Positions 60,095 to 64,000 of a DNA stretch of 64,000 nucleotides are shown here, in pieces. Source of the stretch: Chlorobiota bacterium (GTDB lineage: Bacteria; Bacteroidota; Ignavibacteria; OLB7). The number at the start of each line of letters is the position of its first letter. Position 1 is the stretch's first letter. The position numbers and the translations under genes are program-made. The notes below the pieces were generated by a model. That model was not told the origin of the DNA, searched no databases, and saw only the letters and a list, made by a program, of their open reading frames with translations. The stretch is from positions 1,901 to 65,900 of the forward strand of contig JAQBOZ010000017.1 of NCBI GenBank assembly GCA_028287785.1, in the 5' to 3' direction.

Positions 60095-61180
60095 CTACCG
60101 TACCACCACCAGCTTTCGCGACAGCACATCACCGTTCGAACGCACGATGACCATATACGTATCGGACGGAACGGGCGCGCCATGTTCGTCGGCGGTGTTC
60201 CATTCGGTATGGTGGGAGCCGGCCTGAAGATTCTCGTTCAGGAGACGGCGGACACGCTGGCCGATCGAGTTGAAAATCTCCACCGTCGCCATCCCGCCAC
60301 TACTGGTCGTGAAGTCGACCGCTGCCGTGGCACCGGAGCGGACCGGGTTCGGCGCTACGATATCGCCATCGGTGCCGTGCGTTCCCTGCGTGGGATTGTC
60401 GATGCCGAGGCTGCCGCTGAAGATGTTGACGCCCAGGAAATCCTCCATGATCGGCGCGATGTCCGTGTTGTCCATCAACCCGTGGCCGGTGATGCGCGAG
60501 GCGAAGGTGCCGTTCACGTTGTCATCGGCATAGGTGAGGATGTCCTGCGGTGTGTGATTGCCCGGCGTTCCGCCAAGGGCGTCGCCGTTGCCGTTGGTGA
60601 CCGGGTTGGAGCCGTAGGAGACGACGATCCGGCGACCGCTCGGGCCCACTTTCGGCCACATGTATCCCTGGAAATCGACCAGGGTGTAGTCGGGAAACCA
60701 GCCGTTGGTGGCCCGGTCGCCGCGCGTGACGTTCACCGGCGTCGGCGTGAAGACCGGCTTCTTCGGGGTGTTGGCGTAGGTGCGGATCTTGGTGCCGTTC
60801 TTCTGAAGGTCGCCTTCATCGTGAAGCCCGACCACCGCGAATCCGCCGCACTCGTGATCGCTCGTTGCCAGTATCAGCGTCTGCGCGGAATTGTCGTTCA
60901 GCAGCGCGCGCCCCGTGCCGACGGCGTAATCGTAGGCGAGGACTTCCTTGATCATGTAGTCGGAGCCGTAGATTCCCGGCACGATGGCCGTGGTATCGCC
61001 GTTGTAATCCTTATCCTCCGCGATGGCCGGCTTGTCCGATGTCACCACATACCGGCGATGCGTGCTGTCCACGGCCGCGAAGCCGATGCCGCCGCAGTTG
61101 GCATGCTCCAGATGATCGATACGCCCGCCTTCCACCATCAGAAAGAATCCCTTGTCGCTCTTCCGCTTCAGCACCTCGAG
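60095..61180 (-). pseudogene. 5'-truncated alkaline phosphatase (PhoA family) with T9SS/FlgD-like CTD
   Basis: KGFFLMVEGGRIDHLEHAN, TLILATSDHECGG, NHTPQD, MDNTDI motifs are present. The N-terminal GDG and catalytic DSA region and the signal peptide are absent. Similarity starts abruptly at LEVLKRK. Confidence 0.8.
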
Positions 61181-61285
61181 AAGGGGGGATCTGATCGTGG
61201 CCGGAAGCAATGGATTGTGGCGGATCGATCGGGATGCGGTTCGGGAGATGACCGGCGGCGGGCGGGCATCCCGCTGAAGGCTGAT

Positions 61286-61335
61286 GTGCACAGGGCGATG
61301 CCCTGTGCACCAGTTATTGCGCCCCTCCGGGGCTT
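61286..61335 (-). repeat. REP-like 50-bp element, family A, copy 3
   Basis: Reverse complement AAGCCCCGGAGGGGCGCAATAACTGGTGCACAGGGCATCGCCCTGTGCAC. Confidence 0.85.
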
Positions 61336-61337
61336 GA

Positions 61338-61442
61338 AAGGAAATATCGCGGATGAGGTTGCCGAACAGTCTAAGGAAATGTCGCGGGTGAGATTGCTGA
61401 ACAGTCTAAGGAAATATCGCGGATGAGATTGCTGAACAGTCT
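61338..61442. repeat. 35-bp tandem repeat x3
   Basis: AAGGAAATRTCGCGGRTGAGRTTGCYGAACAGTCT at 61338, 61373 and 61408; no spacers. Confidence 0.9.
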
Positions 61443-61491
61443 GCGGATCTGGGAACCAACACCATCTGCGGAGCCGGCGGAACAATCGCCA

Positions 61492-61541
61492 AAGCCCCGG
61501 AGGGGCGCAATTCCTGGTGCGCGGGGCAACGCCCCGCGCAC
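61492..61541 (+). repeat. REP-like 50-bp element, family A, copy 4
   Basis: AAGCCCCGGAGGGGCGCAATTCCTGGTGCGCGGGGCAACGCCCCGCGCAC. Confidence 0.85.
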
Positions 61542-61546
61542 ATTGT

Positions 61547-64000
61547 TCAGCGCGCCGATGCCCTGAGCGGCTGATCGCGCTCGACGCTGGCCGGGATCGA
61601 CTTCTCCACCTTGATCACCACCAGCGTGATGTCATCGTTCTGCACGGCGCCGCCGCGGAACTTCTCTACGTTCTCCAGCAGCCGGTCGCGAAGCGCTTCC
61701 GCGCCGGGATCGGATGTCTGGGCGATGATATCGTGCAGGCGTCCGTCGCCGAACTCCTCGCGCACCTCGTTCACCGCCTCGGAAACCCCATCGCTGTAGA
61801 GAATGAACGTCTCTCCCGGCTCGTACTCCACCGTGTATTCCTGAAGCAGCTCGGCGAAGAGATCGCGCGAACAGAGCCCCAGCGCGACGCCGGCGGGGAT
61901 AAGCGTATCGACCTGGGAGCTGTTCCTGCGGATGATGGGCGTATGCCCGGCGCGCGCGAAGCTCACGATCTTCCGCGCCGTATCGAACAGGAGCATGCTG
62001 GCGGTGATAAACGATCCCCGCTTGATGATCTCGAAGAGGTGTTCGTTCAGGAGGGTCAGAATCTCACCGGGGGATTTCTGCATTGCGGAGGCCACGTGCA
62101 CCATCCCGTGAAACTCCGCCATGTAGAGCGAGGCGGGAAGTCCCTTGCCGGAAACATCGGCCACGATCACCAGGAACCGGTCATCATCCAGACGGATCAC
62201 ATCGTAATAATCCCCGCCGACAGCCTCGGCGGGACGGGAGATGGCGCTGATGGAGATGCCCGGAAACTGCGGCATCGTGGTGGGGAGCAGGCTCTCCTGA
62301 ATGCGCCGCGCCGTGGCAAGCTCCTCCTGATAGCGCTGCCGCGCCAGCTCTCCCTCGTACAACCGCGCAACTTCCAGCGCCGCGGCTCCCTGCGCCGCCA
62401 CACCGGCGATAAAGGGGCTCTGGCTGCCGCTGAGCGCATCATCGTCGTGCGGACGGCTCATCAGAATGGCGCCGATCACTCTTCCCTGCGCGTAGAGGCC
62501 CACGGCATAGGAGAAGCGTTCCTGCAATCGCGCAAGCGCCGGATCGGTGATCAGCTCCAGCGTGATAAGGCTGTGCGATTCCCGGAGAAGCCTGCGGAGC
62601 TTGTCGATGGCCGCGTCATCGACCGGGATCGGGGCGAAATCGCTTTCACGGGCGATGGCGTCCATATCCCCGGCCGGGTTCTCCACCACCACGCAGACCG
62701 AGAAAAGATTGAGCGCATTCCTGAGCGTCCGCGCGGTCAACTGCGCCACGGCGGTGGTGCCGGTGGTCTCGGCGATCTCCGCCGCATACGCCGCCATGTG
62801 CGCCGAATAGTTGCGGCGTTGCGGGAAGAACCTGTTCTCGATGCCGGTCTGAATCTGCCGCTTCACCGGCTCGAAGAGAAGGAGGAAGAGAACGAAGCTG
62901 ATCACCTCCACGGTCCCCTTGAAAAACTCGCCGGTCAGCGCGCCGAGCGCCTGCCCGATTGCATAGCCCAGCGCCAGATAGAGCCCGGCGATCAGCGCCA
63001 TCGTTGCCATGTAGACCAGCGTGGTCTTCACCACGCGCCGGAAATCCATCACCTGATATTTGAAGATGGCGTAGCCGAACGATATCGGAAGCGCCAGCAG
63101 CAGCAGGACCGGCAGGAGATACTGCGGATAGAAGATCACCAGCCCCGGCGTCTGCGTGTTGAAGATCACCGTGAGATAGAGGAGCGCGAGCGATGCCAGG
63201 ATCGTCCCCGCCAGAATCACCACCACCGGCCGCCGTCCCGCGCTTGCCGGCATCCGCCGATATCCCCTGAACAGCACCCATACTCCCATCACGAAGTAGC
63301 CGACCCCCGCGGCCTGCCCGATCTTTCCGAGAGTATCGAACATCGTCTGGCTCATCTTCAGATGGAGGAGGCCGACCGCAAGCCCCAGTATCGTCGGCGC
63401 GAGGATAAGGCCCAGCGGGGCCAGCAGCATGATGCGCCGGAGCGTCCGGGCGAAGAGCCGCTGGTTGACCGGGAAGGTGGAGCAGAAGAGAATCCAGAAC
63501 GGATAGAAGAGCGTCCCCACCATCACCCAGAGCGTGGCGGCGACCATATCCTTCGGCGTGGTGAAAAGATGCGTGGGATAGCTGAACGTGAATGTCACCG
63601 TGGCGGCGGTCAGGAAGAATCTGCGCTGCACAAGGCCGCGCGGTCGCGAGAGGACGACGACAACGCCGATCAGAAGCCAGAGGAACGCGAAGAGGGGAAC
63701 CACGAACTGAAAGAAAATCGGCTGTTTGGTCAGGATGATCGTCAGTTGCAGAACCCGTCCCTGCCGCTCCACCACGTAGGGGACCTGTTTGTCGGATGGG
63801 GCCCTGTTCAGGATATCCTGCGCCGCCTGCATCACCTCGGGGTCCTTGCTCGGAAGCGGCTCGCCGTTGATCGCCAGCACGCGGTCGCCGCTGTGGATGC
63901 CGGCGATATCGGCATTCCGGCCGGGAATTACCTCCCTGACGAAGACCCCGTACTCATCGCCGTTGCGTCCGGTCTGCCAGCCGCAGTCATCGCTGTTTCT
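61547..64000 (-). CDS. Membrane PDZ/multi-TM/GAF/PP2C (SpoIIE/RsbU-like) phosphatase, 5'-partial
   Basis: Frame is open to base 64000 (VFVREVIPG..AGIHSGDRVLAING, PDZ-like). TM helices; ARRIQESLLP, VGGDYYD, VADVSGKG, YSDGVSE, DDITLVV. Confidence 0.92.
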   Translation of the reverse strand, partial: RNSDDCGWQTGRNGDEYGVFVREVIPGRNADIAGIHSGDRVLAINGEPLPSKDPEVMQAAQDILNRAPSDKQVPYVVERQGRVLQLTIILTKQPIFFQFVVPLFAFLWLLIGVVVVLSRPRGLVQRRFFLTAATVTFTFSYPTHLFTTPKDMVAATLWVMVGTLFYPFWILFCSTFPVNQRLFARTLRRIMLLAPLGLILAPTILGLAVGLLHLKMSQTMFDTLGKIGQAAGVGYFVMGVWVLFRGYRRMPASAGRRPVVVILAGTILASLALLYLTVIFNTQTPGLVIFYPQYLLPVLLLLALPISFGYAIFKYQVMDFRRVVKTTLVYMATMALIAGLYLALGYAIGQALGALTGEFFKGTVEVISFVLFLLLFEPVKRQIQTGIENRFFPQRRNYSAHMAAYAAEIAETTGTTAVAQLTARTLRNALNLFSVCVVVENPAGDMDAIARESDFAPIPVDDAAIDKLRRLLRESHSLITLELITDPALARLQERFSYAVGLYAQGRVIGAILMSRPHDDDALSGSQSPFIAGVAAQGAAALEVARLYEGELARQRYQEELATARRIQESLLPTTMPQFPGISISAISRPAEAVGGDYYDVIRLDDDRFLVIVADVSGKGLPASLYMAEFHGMVHVASAMQKSPGEILTLLNEHLFEIIKRGSFITASMLLFDTARKIVSFARAGHTPIIRRNSSQVDTLIPAGVALGLCSRDLFAELLQEYTVEYEPGETFILYSDGVSEAVNEVREEFGDGRLHDIIAQTSDPGAEALRDRLLENVEKFRGGAVQNDDITLVVIKVEKSIPASVERDQPLRASAR

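Noticed and set aside
61181-61291. N-terminus of the 398-aa ORF as a real start for the phosphatase
   Set aside because: The start lies inside a REP copy, and the first 37 codons show no signal peptide or PhoA similarity.
61338-61442. Possible mini CRISPR array
   Set aside because: The repeats are directly adjacent with no spacers, and there are no cas genes in the window.

Overview
Chromosomal, origin-proximal window from a GC-rich FCB-group bacterium. It has T9SS C-terminal domains, TAnnTTTG -7 promoter elements and signal peptides cleaving before Gln, but also real GGAGG ribosome-binding sites. A Kapabacteria/Chlorobi/Ignavibacteria-like lineage is my inference. The core content is glmS, a lolD-like gene, rimP-nusA-infB-rbfA-truB-ribF-rpsO-pnp, guaA, pepA, hsp20-dnaK, mnmE-mnmG, rfbD and sbcDC. 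Non-genic structure includes a DnaA-box cluster with an AT-rich tract (likely oriC, with no dnaA nearby) between pepA and hsp20, three parS sites (two exactly bracketing mnmG), and two related REP-like repeat families. The accessory content is: (1) three tandem mosaic T9SS surface proteins; (2) an AT-richer islet with an amber-interrupted T9SS gene and a G9-frameshifted Gly/Cys-rich secreted gene; (3) a small Ig-like protein ending in a WGxIK tail, followed by a TPR/beta-barrel/SPOR cluster; (4) two ECF sigma/anti-sigma pairs, one with twin back-to-back GGAAC-N16-CGTC promoters also serving a divergent T9SS protein; (5) an alkaline phosphatase 3' fragment enclosed by inverted 50-bp REPs. I saw no CRISPR array, tRNA, rRNA or transposase. 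All calls were made by eye, without searches.
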